In this document: piece by piece, positions 38,681-50,330 of the stretch | Layout of the letters: the number at the start of each line of letters is the position of its first letter | Numbering within the stretch: the first letter of the stretch is position 1 | Origin: Octopus bimaculoides | Taxonomy: Eukaryota | Direction: 5' to 3' | DNA: 50,790 bases | Assembly (NCBI RefSeq): GCF_001194135.2 | Contig: NC_068992.1 | Location: 27,744,402-27,795,191 of the forward strand | Translations under genes and position numbers: made by a program | The notes under the pieces: model-generated | What the model saw: only the letters and a program-made list of their open reading frames with translations | Told to the model about the DNA's origin: nothing | Database searches by the model: none

Positions 38681-38957
38681 CACACACCTTCTTCTACCAC
38701 TCTCTCTTCCACACACCTTCTCAGTCATGTTGCTTTGAGCAAATGAACACATTAAAGAGTTGTGAGGACTCCCTAAGCCTTATTGAGAACAAGGCGATCT
38801 CACCAATATGGTGCCAAGAGAAAATACACCCAGTACACTCTGTAAAGTGGTTGGTGTTAGAAAGGGGCACCCAACAGTAGAAACCATGCCAGAATGGAGT
38901 GTATGAACATGATGTGGTCCACTGATCCATCTATAAGGTCAATAACTCAGAATAAGA

Positions 38958-39152
38958 TACTTGTCTCAGTCATGTGACTGTGGCCATGCTGGAGCACTGC
39001 CTTTAGTCGAACAAATCGACCCCTAGACTTAATCTTTATAAGCCTAATACTTATTCTATCTGTCTCTTTTGCCAAACTGCTAAGTTATGGAGATGTAAAC
39101 ACACCAACATCAGTTGTCAAGCAATGGTGGAGGTGCAAACACAGACACACAA

Positions 39153-39206
<54 letters not shown>

Positions 39207-39370
39207 GGCAGGCTGCTTTCAGTTTCTATCTACCAAATCCACTCACAAGGCTTTGGTTGTGAGGATATAGTAGAAGACTATAGTAGAAGACACTTGCCCA
39301 AGGTACCACACAGTGGGACTGAACCCAGAACTATGTGGTTGGTAAGCAACCTATTTACCACACAGCCACC
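38958..39370 (-). mobile_element. Full-length family B SINE with internal (TA)n
   Basis: Tail CAGTCAT..GGCCATGCTGGAGCAC, internal (TA)n at ~39146-39197, head ..CACTTGCCCAAGG..TTACCACACAGCC. Confidence 0.88.
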
Positions 39371-39999
39371 ACTAAATGGACACAGAATGACACACAACAA
39401 ACTGAAATGGGGTGGATATGTTGTTACACTAAAAGAATTTCTAACCAAGTCAACAGCAGAAATATTTATTGTTTATATCTCACCTGATTTTCATTTTGTT
39501 TTTCTTTGCTTTTTTTTTTTGTTTTTTGTCCTTTCAGTTTTATTATATGTGCAGTTTTTGTCATGACACACTCAAACATCCTTCAGACAAGTGTTGATAC
39601 AAGTTTAATTTTCAGTGGAAAAGAACTGGATTTTTTAAAGGCAATAAGCACAGTACAATACCAAAGTGGCAATACACAGATAAAGCCCAGAGGTATTCAT
39701 CAGTAACCATGACCACCCTATCTTATTTACCCTACACTGCATCACCTGTATCCCTATCTCTAACCATCTCTCACTCACCTCACACTTTCACAAACTTAAC
39801 TGATTCTCTACCCCTATTCCCTTCATCTATTCCTCTGTCCCCATATTCCTCACTAAAATCACCCTCTTGCAACTTTAGGGTACACCCTTACACCTCATCA
39901 CCACTTTCTTCTTCTCTCTTTGTCCAGCAGGGGTAGTCATGTATTTCATTAACAGTAAGACACTTTCAACACCTTCAAACCAAGCCACCTTCCTCAATA

Positions 40000-40222
40000 C
40001 AAACCCTCCTCAGTCAAGGAATCTTGTCTTCTGAACGACATGGTGACCTCACTAGTGCTGGTAACATGAAAAAAAGGACCCAGTACAGTCTATAAAGTGG
40101 TTGGCATTAGGATAATGCATCTAGCCATAGAAACCATGCCAAAACAGACATTTGACGTGCTGAATCCTCTCAAACTGTCCAATCCATGCTTTCATGGAAT
40201 ACAGAAGCTAAATGATGATGAT
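40000..40222 (+). mobile_element. RTE-tailed element, preceded by a pyrimidine-rich body (39700-40000)
   Basis: AAAGTGGTTGGCATTAGG..TAGAAACCATGCC..CCAATCCATGC..ATGGAA..AAATGATGATGATG. Similar elements at 6600-7095, 23990-24240 and 38780-38930. Confidence 0.6.
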
Positions 40223-40529
40223 GTATTTGTCATCTATCTCTTGTCTTTTGCAGCAACTTCTTCCTAGGCCACTTCTGAAGAAACCTCTCAGTTGTTTTAT
40301 TAGTTAACATACACAGCCATCATTATTTCATTATTTTATGCTGCTTATTTCATGTAAAATATAGTTTTAAAATGTGTGAATCTGCAATGACCTACAACTC
40401 AACCTTTCTCTAGAAGCACTAATCCTTTTCAGGTGTAACTTTCTAATGCCTTGTCTTGGACCTTCAGCTATTTGACAGAGTTGAAAACAAAAATGAGAGA
40501 AAAAGAAAGAATCAACCTCAGCACATGAC

Positions 40530-41105
40530 CAATATTTTATTTATTGAGCCAGGAAGGGTGAAATGCAAAGTTGACCACAGTGGGAATCAGAATATTGAGA
40601 GAGGGAACAGTTTGACTTCCAATTACTTTTTACCTAAACAACTCTCAATTCATCTTTGCCCAGGTTGATTATCACCAACATCCCACACACCGTAATTTTT
40701 TCACCCATCTTACCTCACTTATGGGGATGTAAGTTGATTACATGGACCCTTATTATATCGTTCTCCAAAAGGATGAAAGGCAAAGTCGACCGTGACAGAA
40801 TTTGAACTCAGAACATAAAGACTGATGAAATGCTGCTAAGCATTTTGCCCAATGTGCCAACAATTCTGCCAGCTCACCACTTTACAAAAGCCACTTATAA
40901 TAATATTGATTTCAAATTTTGGCACAAGGCCAGCAATTTCGGGAGCGGGTGTAAGTCGATTACATCAACCCAGGTGTTCAACTGGTACTTATTTTATCCA
41001 TCCTGAAAGAATGAATGGCAAAGTTGACCTCAGCAGAATTTGAACTCAGAACATAAAGACAGATGAAATGCCACTCAGCATTTTGTCTGACATGCTAACA
41101 ATTCT
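40530..41105 (-). mobile_element. Cluster of three family F SINE copies
   Basis: Repeated GGATGAAAGGCAAAGTCGACC..AATTTGAACTCAGAAC at ~40560, ~40790 and ~41020. Confidence 0.8.
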
Positions 41106-41740
41106 ATCACTCAGTAGCAACACTTCAAGTTCAGTTTAATTCAGATTAAGATAGGTTCAATCGTTGCAATGGTTGACAATGGAAATCTATACTCAAAACA
41201 ATGATCTTCAAACAACCAATATCAGCTCAATCTGTAAACTTAATAATGAAGGAGTAAATTGTATTTATAACGTCTTACACCCTAATGATGGACTCTCTAC
41301 AATAGAAATAGCAGTCAAATCTCTGTCAACTCACACACGACTAGTAAGGCAAGAACAAATTAGCTAACATAGCATTAGATAACTGTAAAAAGAAGAGGTA
41401 GTTACAGCTGAGATCCCGGGTGACATCTGTAATAGATCTGTTCAATCAGAATTGACCTCACATTAAACAACAAAAGCAACAACAACAATTTTATAAATGA
41501 AACAATGAATAATTGGAAATTTAAACAGAAAACTGCTTGAACTTGCTTTCTTTCTCGGCTATAATTAAATGTTATAACTAGCCAATGTTGGTGCCATTTT
41601 CCAATAAAATCTACATAAAAACATAAAATGTAATATAAACATTTTTTCGTGTCACAGTGATTCATTAAACTAGCAATTATCTACAAGTTTGACAGTTGTT
41701 GCTGTTATTACTGTTGTTTAACCCCAAGTTAACACTGTTC

Positions 41741-41794
41741 TTTATTCTTAGGAAGTCCTTTATTCTTAGGAAGTCCTTTATTCTTAGGAAGTCA
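41741..41794. repeat. 18-bp tandem triplication (TTTATTCTTAGGAAGTCC)x3
   Basis: Direct read; lies ~200 nt into the intron from the exon donor. Confidence 0.95.
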
Positions 41795-41996
41795 ACTTAA
41801 CCCATCTCCTGGGTCCATAAAGAATCCTCTTCTGTTGCATGTATTTGGACCAAGTCTCCTGTTTTATGAATATTGAAGAGGATTTTCTTCCTTTCCCTAA
41901 CTAGTCTCGAGGGGGTGAGCTGCAAAAGGTTATGGACACAGCTCTTCCTCTCAAACTTAAATCGTTAAACAAGAAAAACATCTCTTAGATACTTAC

Positions 41997-42173
41997 GGCA
42001 TCACGGAGAAATTTGGATAAACAAAATCTCCCATTTTCACTGTGTCAATACAATGTAGAAAAATCCTTTTATACAAGAGTACTTTCTGAGTGATGAAGTT
42101 GTACTTGAAAATCAGCAGAGAATCATCAGTAAGAATCACCAGTTTTTCCAATTCATTATTCCAATGGTCAATT
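41997..42173 (-). CDS. TPRG1L: Internal coding exon (177 nt, phase 2-2) of TPRG1/TPRG1L-like gene
   Basis: Acceptor ttaatgttttcag|, donor CC|gtaagt. Translates (E)IDHWNNELEKLVILTDDSLLIFKYNFITQKVLLYKRIFLHCIDTVKMGDFVYPNFSVM(P), matching by recall the hSac2 core [39 protein letters not shown]. It splices in frame (CC|T = Pro) onto the exon ending at 21168. Confidence 0.92.
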
Positions 42174-42544
42174 CTGAAAACATTAATAATGAAATATTAT
42201 TATTAATTGTCTTTAAACACACATTTACATAGGCACAACCATATTAAAGAAGACAAACATTCATGTTCAATCTAACTATGATATTTCACTCTTGAATGCT
42301 ACTGAGTTCAAATCCTAAGCACAACACAAACCAGAACCACCCTGAGGAGCAATACTCATTTTCAGTGTCTGTGGCATTAATCAGATGAGAAATCTCTTAT
42401 GAGTCAGCAATCCACTTGGCTGGGTTATCAGAAACAAGTCAAACTTTTACTGTTATCAATTGTTCTGAGAAGAGGTAATACACTTAGCCTTTTGAAGCCT
42501 TCCTCAGCTGTGGGTATTACTATCAGAATGAGATAACTGTAATC

Positions 42545-42750
42545 ATTGTTGTCACTTAATCAAGGTCAACAATGATTGAATAGACTTATGAGCAAAGATG
42601 TTCCAACCATGACCATCCTTTCTTTGTAATCCAAAACTACATTGTCCAATGTGTCCTTTCTACTTTTAAGACAATAGGGTATGATTTGAGGGATATCTAG
42701 TTGATATCTCTAGCAGGTTGAGCAACCACATAAAGGTGCCCTCGTTGGCT
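42545..42750 (-). mobile_element. Family D SINE 3' part
   Basis: TTGTTG..AGACTTATGAGCAAAGATGTTCCAACCATGACCATCC..CTAGCAGGTTGAGCAACCACAT. Related fragments near 9205-9550, 21280-21450, 26915-27090, 32475-32600 and 50200-50300. Confidence 0.6.
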
Positions 42751-43744
42751 CATTAATCTCATGGATGAAGATATGCTTTACATGTAGACTCAGAACCAAC
42801 CTGATCACATTATTGACATATTAATATAGATACAATGTTTTTCCTTATAGTAAAACATGCTTAGAGTTACAACTCAAAATATTCAGCCTGCCAAGAGTTT
42901 GTTGCGAGAGCACAGGTCATAATAACTACAGAGATGTTCCTCTAGTAGTCTGTTTTTCTTTTTCTCTCTCACTAGCTTGCTTTTATTTTCCACACATTTC
43001 CTAAAGATTCCAGAAGTTCACATCAACCTACTTTTTTCAATGAGGCAAAGTCTTTAGACTAACCCTAACTACCTTGTTATACAAGGCTTCTGACATTTCT
43101 TCATCTGTTTACATGAACTTCACAATTTTAACCTTCCTTCTGAATTCCCTCAATCCTAAGCCATCCCCATAGTTCAGTGCACTTGTTAGGTCCTTATTAA
43201 ACTGCTTATGAATTCTCATGATGTAGGTACTAATTAAATATTAATCTAATACCAAATGAAAACACATAAATGTTGGTTTACATAGTCTGGACAAATTACA
43301 AGGAATTTCAAAGTTATAAGGTTTCTTAGTGACTTAGATGAGATTTAATGAAAGTTGTCATTTTTCACAAGATAAACACACTTCTGACAGATTTTAGCTT
43401 TTACCTTTCAGACTTGGTAATAATACCAGTCGACACAAATAGCCTGCCCTATTTAGAAATGAATTTTTTTTTTTACAGCAGACAGCAAGAGGTTGTTATG
43501 CTTATATATGTTTGTAGCTTTTAAAACCCATTCTCAGTACATGCTCATCATATGCTAAGCATGTTAATGACCTAGCTATCAAGTTCGCAGTGGTTTAATC
43601 TAAATAGTAAAAAAATAGTTTCAACTTTAAGAAATTGAACTTAACATACTAAAGTAACAGGTTAAGTCTTAACTTGAACATTAATTCCAACAACAGCGAC
43701 AACAGAATGTGAACTTCATGAACTCCAATACATTCTACTACCAG

Positions 43745-44459
43745 CAGTCACGGCTTGCGTATAAGCACTGTGGAACTGCAGTATCTCCCTATTTCCACTC
43801 GATATTATCAATAACATTCAATATAATGAGTCCTTTTTTCCTTTAATTCTTTCTTTATATTTGTACATTATATAATCCTTAAGCTTAATGTTACTAGCCA
43901 TCCCCTAGTTTATGAAAAAAATACAAAAATCCCTGTATAGAACTGTGCACTTCACAGTTCCAGTGACGCAGTATTTAGCTGTTGTGCACATGCACACATG
44001 TCCGAGATAGGAAGCTGTACACTAGGGAGAGAGAGAGCACTGTTATCCACACAGTACCGACCCTGGTGTGCAGGCGAAAGATAGTGTTTCTTTTTAACTC
44101 CTCATGTGTTGTGCTTAAAAATGTGTTTATATTCTTGAATGTGATAAAGTGTAGAATTAGATTATTATCCTGCTTCCAGCTACAGTGTTGCTGCCAGGAT
44201 TTGAAAAATAGGGCAGATTTCCACCTCTGCCCCTTATTTTGTGATTCGGAGAGGATTTTTGAAAAACAAGGCATAATTCACGGCGGTGTTCAGTGAACAG
44301 ATTAAACACACTACCCGGCAGTGGCTAAAACACAAACTGATCAAGTTTATGTATAAATTTTCTTTTTATATGTTTCTTTCCTTTAACACAATATTAAAAC
44401 AATGGCGAAAAATTTTCTGAGGTCGCACCCCCACTAATTTTATCTATGAGCCACCACTG
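43745..44459. mobile_element. ~715-bp non-autonomous hAT-type element
   Basis: Ends CAGTCACGGCT.. / ..GAGCCACCACTG (degenerate TIR). 8-bp flanks ACTACCAG / ACTATCAG (7/8). The interior is CpG-richer than its surroundings. Confidence 0.6.
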
Positions 44460-44643
44460 ACTATCAGAATGTTAAAAACTCTCTTTGATTACACAAAGCA
44501 AATAAAGATATCATAATCTAACACACACACACACACAAGCACACAAATTATTTTACTGGTTTCAGTAACTGAACTGAAGCAGCTGAACCACTTAATTCAA
44601 AGGTTTGTGTACATGTGGTATGAGTGTGTACATGTGTGTAAAA

Positions 44644-44791
44644 GCAGAGCTGGTAGTTAAGAAGTTTGCTTCCCAACCATATGATTTCAGATTCAATCCC
44701 ACTGTATGATACCTTGGGCAAGTGTCTTCTACTATAACCCCAGGCCAATCAATGCCTCATGAGTGGATTTGGTAGACGAAAACTGAAAGAA
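44644..44791 (+). mobile_element. Family B SINE 5' half
   Basis: GTTAAGAAGTTTGCTTCCCAACC..TACCTTGGGCAAGTGTCTTCTACTATA..GAGTGGATTTGGTAGACG. Confidence 0.8.
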
Positions 44792-44980
44792 ATATAATGT
44801 GTGTGTGTGTGTCTTTATATTCTCATACAAATGGCACCATCCGTTTCCAATCTTCCACAAAAGCATAGCTGTCCATGAGAAAATATTGCCTTGAGATCAG
44901 CAACAAGAAGAGCCTCCAGCTATAGAAATTCTGCCACAATGAACTCTAGCCCATATAGGACACTAAAATTATAATTATTA

Positions 44981-45097
<117 letters not shown>

Positions 45098-45369
45098 GCG
45101 TGTGTGTGTCATGTGAATAATTTAACTTTACAGAATTAAGATCGTATGAAGTTGACAGTCTAATATTTAGATGCAATAAAAATGTTCACCAATTAAGCCA
45201 GCTTAAAAATATTTAATTAATGCTTTTAGAAGCTCTGACCTCAAGATTCCTGCGAGTACTTATACTAATGTAGTAAACTTTCCATATGCAACTTTAGGCA
45301 CTTACAGCTCTTATGGAATGCAACTTTAAGCACTTACAAATTCTTATATAAGACCTAATGTGGTCATAT

Positions 45370-45865
45370 GGTACACTCACAAAAACTGTAAGCACCTGTT
45401 TAACATTCTGAAAAACCCATCCAGAAACATCTGTACAAAAGTTTCAAAGATATCTATTGAAGACACTTTTATTCATGTTGCTATATTTTATAATGAGACC
45501 CTGAGCAGAAGTAGCTTTAATTACAGAAAATATATTCTGCCACAAGAATCCCCTAATGGTAGAAACACAAGAAAAAGAAAAACTATGTGGTACAACCCCA
45601 CTTTCAGCTTGAACAGTAGAAAAAATATTACCAGATCCTTCCTAAATTTAGTCAATAAACACTTCCCTAGCAACCATAAGTTCCACAAAATTTTTTAACA
45701 GGTATAGTCTTAAAGTAAGTAATGAATGCATGGATAATTTCACCTTTTCTTAAGTTAGAATTAATAGAAAGAAATTAACTCCTTCTCCTAAAAATGATTC
45801 CTCATCTCAGTACAATTGTTTCAACAAGAATACATGCCTTCAGAAAAAGTATTGTTTACTGAGCC
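45370..45865 (+). mobile_element. Penelope-like element remnant (RT C-terminus/linker before GIY-YIG)
   Basis: RKRKTMWYNPTFSLN..NITRSFLNLVNKHFPSNHKFHKIF, then (frameshift) FNRYSLKVS..CM and a Cys-rich segment. Matches the PLE motif WFNPPFS..FL.LI.KHFP..H.LHKIFNRN..KVSYSC. Confidence 0.8.
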
Positions 45866-45907
45866 AATTTCAACCAATAATAAGAGCTACGAGATAAAGC
45901 GTTACAT

Positions 45908-47496
45908 AGGTCTTGAAGGGCTTTAGAGTCAACCTAGCTAAAACCAAAGTCTTAATAAGTAGGAAGGCAGACAAACCACAAATCCCTTCAGGTAGATGGC
46001 CCTGTTCGATCTGTAGAAAAGGCGTAGGTAGAAACTCCATAAAATGTACCCAGTGTAAGCTATGGACACATAAGAGATGTAGCAATATTAAAGGGAGGCT
46101 AAATGGGAAGATAGTTTTTGTGTGTGGCAAATGCTCAGGTGTTATAAACACTGAAAATGTGAAGAGAACAGCTTCTGTCACATTCCAGGGAGAAAAACTA
46201 GAAGTAGTTGATAGCTTCCATTACCTAGGGGACCAAGTCAGTAGCAGGGGTGGATGCTCTGAAAGTGTAGCTGCTAGAATAAGAATAGCCTGGGCAAAGT
46301 TCAGAGAGCTCCTACCTCTGCTGGTGACAAAGAGTCTCTCGCTCAAAGTAAAAGGTAGATTGTATGGCACATGTGTGCGAACAGCCATGCTACATGAGGA
46401 CATGCATAAGCTTGCAAGGAATGGAGCCAGTATGCTCCGTTGGATGTGTAATGTCAGTGTGCATACACGACAGAGTGTAAGTACCCTGAGAGAAAAGTTG
46501 GATTTAAGAAGCATCAGATGTGGTGTACAAGAGAGATGTCTGTGCTGGTATGGTCATGTGTTGTGAAAGAATGAGGACAGCTGTGTGAAAAAGTGGCACA
46601 CCCTAACAGTTGAGGGAACCTGTGGAAGAGGTAGACCCAGGAAAATCTGGGATAAGGTGGTGAAGCACGACCTTTGAACATTGGGCCTTACAGAGGCAAT
46701 GACTAGTGACTGGAACCTTTGGAAATATGTTGTGTTTGAGAAGACCCGACATGCCAAGTGAGACCATAGCTCATGACCTTTGGCAGCCCATTTATGAATA
46801 CCCCTCATTCATTGGACAATAAACCTTGCTTGTGAAGACATTGAGGCAAGTGAAATCAAAATCAAAATTGCTGACATGTCCGATGACAGTACCACCTGAT
46901 TGGCACTTGTGCCAGTGGAATGTTAAAAGCACATCCGAACCTGGGGTGTAACCGGCCCACTTAAGAGTACCCCTCATTCATTGGACAATGAACTTTGCTT
47001 GCGAAGACCTATTGAGGCAAGTGTAAACAAATCAAAATCACTGACGTGGCCGATGACAGTGGAATGTTAAAAGCACATCCGAGCATGATCGTTGCCAGGG
47101 CCACAGATTGGCTCCCATGCTGGTAACACGTGAAAAGCACCATTCAAGAGTGATCGTTGCCAGCGTCGCTTTACTGGCACATGTGCAGGTGGCACGTGAA
47201 AAACAACAATCGAGCATTGCCAGTGAAATCAGACTGGCTCCTGTGCAGGTAGCACATAAAAAAACATCTTGAGCAAAGCTATTGCCAGTACCACCTAACT
47301 GGCCCTTGAGCCGGTGGCACGTAAAAGCACCCACTACACTCTCGGAGTGGTTGGTGTTAGGAAGGGCATCCAGCTGTAGAAACTTTGCCAGATCAGATTG
47401 AGCCTGGTGCAGCCTCTGGCTCACCAGTCCTCAATCAAACTGTCCAACCCATGCCAGCATGGAAAGCGGACATAAAACAATGATGATAATGATGAT
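45908..47496 (+). mobile_element. 5'-truncated RTE LINE: ORF2 C-terminus, repetitive 3' UTR and (GAT)n tail
   Basis: ORF 45913-46566 (RVNLAKTKVL, C4HC3 finger, FHYLGD, ARIRIAW.KFREL, WYGHV) continues after a stop as VEGTCGRGRPRK.W. The 3' UTR has a ~170-bp duplication (46799-46938 / 46968-47081), ~60-bp subrepeats and the conserved GGTTGGTGTTAGGAAGGGCATCCAGCTGTAGAAA. Confidence 0.93.
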
Positions 47497-47564
47497 ATAT
47501 ATATATATATATATATACATATGTATGTCTGTATGTATGTATGTATGTATTTGTGCATATATGT

Positions 47565-47762
47565 TTGTCCCCACCAACCAGTGCTTGACAACTGATTCTG
47601 GTGTGTTTACATCCCCTAACCTAGCAGTTCGGCAAAAGTGACCGACAGAATAAGTACTAAGCTTACGAAGAATAAGTCCTGGAGTCGATTTGTTCTACTA
47701 AAGGCGGTGCTCCAGCATGGCCGCAGTCAAATGACAGGAACAAATAAAAGAATAAAAAGAAT
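47565..47762 (+). mobile_element. Family B SINE 3' half
   Basis: TTTGTCCCC..GCTTGACAAC..GGCGGTGCTCCAGCATGGCCGCAGTCAAATGAC..AAAGAATAAAAAGAATA. Confidence 0.85.
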
Positions 47763-48005
47763 ATATAAAATTTTTAGTTTTGTTTTTTTATTTTGCTAAA
47801 ACTTTTGTTTTTATGTATTTTTAATACAATCTTCCTAAATTCACTTTGAATATTATTTTATATATAAAAGCTGAAGTAACTTGAGGATGAAAAGTCACAG
47901 TTGCTTCTTAGCTAATAACACACAGACACACATACACACATATATATATACATGATACATACATACATAACTCCTGTACCCCAGCCAAAAATATATATAT
48001 AGATA

Positions 48006-48151
48006 GGTGCAGCCATGGCTGTGTGGTAAGAAGTTAGCTTATCAACCACATGGTTCCAGGTTCTGTCCCACTGTATAGCACCTTCTACTATATCCATAGG
48101 CCAACCAATATCTTGTGAGAGGATTTGGTAGATGGAAACTGTGTGGAAGCA

Positions 48152-48189
<38 letters not shown>

Positions 48190-48793
48190 TGCCAGTATGG
48201 AAAACAGATGTTAAAGGATGATGATTATATATATATATATNNNNNNNNNNNNNNNNNNNNNNNNNNNNNNNNNNNNNNNNNNNNNNNNNNNNNNNNNNNN
48301 NNNNNNNNNNNNNNNNNNNNNNNNNNNNNNNNNNNNNNNNNNNNNNNNNNNNNNNNNNNNNNNNNNNNNNNNNNNNNNNNNNNNNNNNNNNNNNNNNNNN
48401 NNNNNNNNNNNNNNNNNNNNNNNNNNNNNNNNNNNNNNNNNNNNNNNNNNNNNNNNNNNNNNNNNNNNNNNNNNNNNNNNNNNNNNNNNNNNNNNNNNNN
48501 NNNNNNNNNNNNNNNNNNNNNNNNNNNNNNNNNNNNNNNNNNNNNNNNNNNNNNNNNNNNNNNNNNNNNNNNNNNNNNNNNNNNNNNNNNNNNNNNNNNN
48601 NNNNNNNNNNNNNNNNNNNNNNNNNNNNNNNNNNNNNNNNNNNNNNNNNNNNNNNNNNNNNNNNNNNNNNNNNNNNNNNNNNNNNNNNNNNNNNNNNNNN
48701 NNNNNNNNNNNNNNNNNNNNNNNNNNNNNNNNNNNNNNNNNNNNNNNNNNNNNNNNNNNNNNNNNNNNNNNNNNNNNNNNNNNNNNNNNNNNN

Positions 48794-48838
<45 letters not shown>

Positions 48839-49057
48839 GTGTGAGTGTGTGGGTGGGTGTACGCTTGTCCCCCACCACTGCTTAACAACTGGCACTGGTT
48901 TGCTTAAATTACCAGAACTTAGCTGTTCAGCAAAAAGACACTGATAACATAAGTCCCAGGCTTTAAAAAAAGTACTGTAGTCAATTTGTCTGACTAAACT
49001 CTTCAAGACAGTGCCCCAGCATGGCCGCATTTCAATGACTGAAAAGAATAAAAGAAT
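48006..49057 (+). mobile_element. Family B SINE split by expanded internal (TA)n, a nested RTE tail and an assembly gap
   Basis: Head at 48006-48152, 3' half at ~48865-49057, with (TA)n, a 38-bp RTE tail (48188-48225) and Ns in between. Confidence 0.75.
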
Positions 49058-50330
49058 ATTATAATATCCCAGAGATAGATTTATCAGACACTCAGCCATT
49101 TGTCACAAAAGAATAAAAGAATGGAAAACTGAAATAACATTCCTTCAATGAAATTTCATTTCATTTCATTGTACCTGTGTGAGATCCTAACTTAAATCCA
49201 ATAATCCTTTCTACTTATTATTTCATTCACTAAAGGTTAATTCTTAATACATTCCTCAAATAAACTTCTAACTATATACTCTTAAATTCCTGGTTTCTCT
49301 CAGCTGAAAAGTAGTTAGTATGTGAAACAGAGCCCTTCATTGTCATTCTCTCCTCTTATATCTTCCCCCTATTCTGTTTACTTCTTTTTAAAACACCACG
49401 GCTGACAAATCTGTTTTAAAAAGATTTATTATTAAAAAGAAAATTAAGTATATAACAAATAAAAATAAAAGTATATTCAATAAATTTTAAATTCACAAAA
49501 CAAAACTTCATTTTTATATTTTCGATTAAAGGTATATAACAGCAAGGAATGTAGTTCTTTTCCTATTTTCCTGATGAAAATAAAATTAAAAACAAAAAAA
49601 AAGTATTTTCCTTCAATAAATAGAACAATACTAACATCTGGAGCTATATATCTTAACCAGTATTCACTGAAGATACTAAACCATCTTCCTCATTCAAATA
49701 CTTGATGTGTATTCAAGTGGGGACCCAAAAGTAACTGGAAATGTTCTCTGTGGGACAAGCCTGTTGTATTTCAGGCTTCTGCCACTAGAAGCCACTTGAT
49801 GTGACCCTTAAGCATCAGTCTGCCAACTGGCAGTGGCAAGTGTCAATTTTCAACACTTTATTATTCATTTTAAAAAAGCAAAAAAATCTGTATCCTGGTA
49901 AATCTGAGACTGGCAAAAATTCTGTTGAGCTCCCATCCCTAAGAGCCATGAGCACTTACTTGTTTTGTTTATGGTCAACCTGATTCTGCTAGCCACTTGG
50001 TAATGTAGAAGTGGAATCTGTTTTCGAAACCAAGCAATCACAGACAAGTACAGTTATGACAGTTATTTGCCTTGATTAAAACCATAATTAAATCTATGCT
50101 AATCTGCTTCAAAGTCTAGCAATTAAACTAATGACTATTATATTTCAATATTATCTCAACAGAAATGCAGTAACGAAAGGGTTAAGAAGAAAAATAATCA
50201 ACAGAAGACATGAAAGAAGACCTCAATGTGGTCACTCTATATGCTAGAAATAATAGCCTAAATTTCCTTCAATCCACACCCTTTCAACTGCTTCTAATGT
50301 GCATCAGCCCAAATTTAGAGGTGTGTTTAA

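Larger units (their letters stand above)
21169..41996 (-). other. ~20.8 kb GT-AG intron of the TPRG1L-like gene
   Basis: Canonical GT/AG ends and matching phase. The protein alignment is contiguous across the junction, so no intervening exon is required. Confidence 0.85.

Noticed and set aside
49968-50047. Possible upstream TPRG1L exon (minus-strand AA|GTAAGT donor near 49975)
   Set aside because: No frame gives the expected ..WLLTE ending in phase 2 (GA|), and there is no similarity to the family. I found no suitable exon in 42174-50790.
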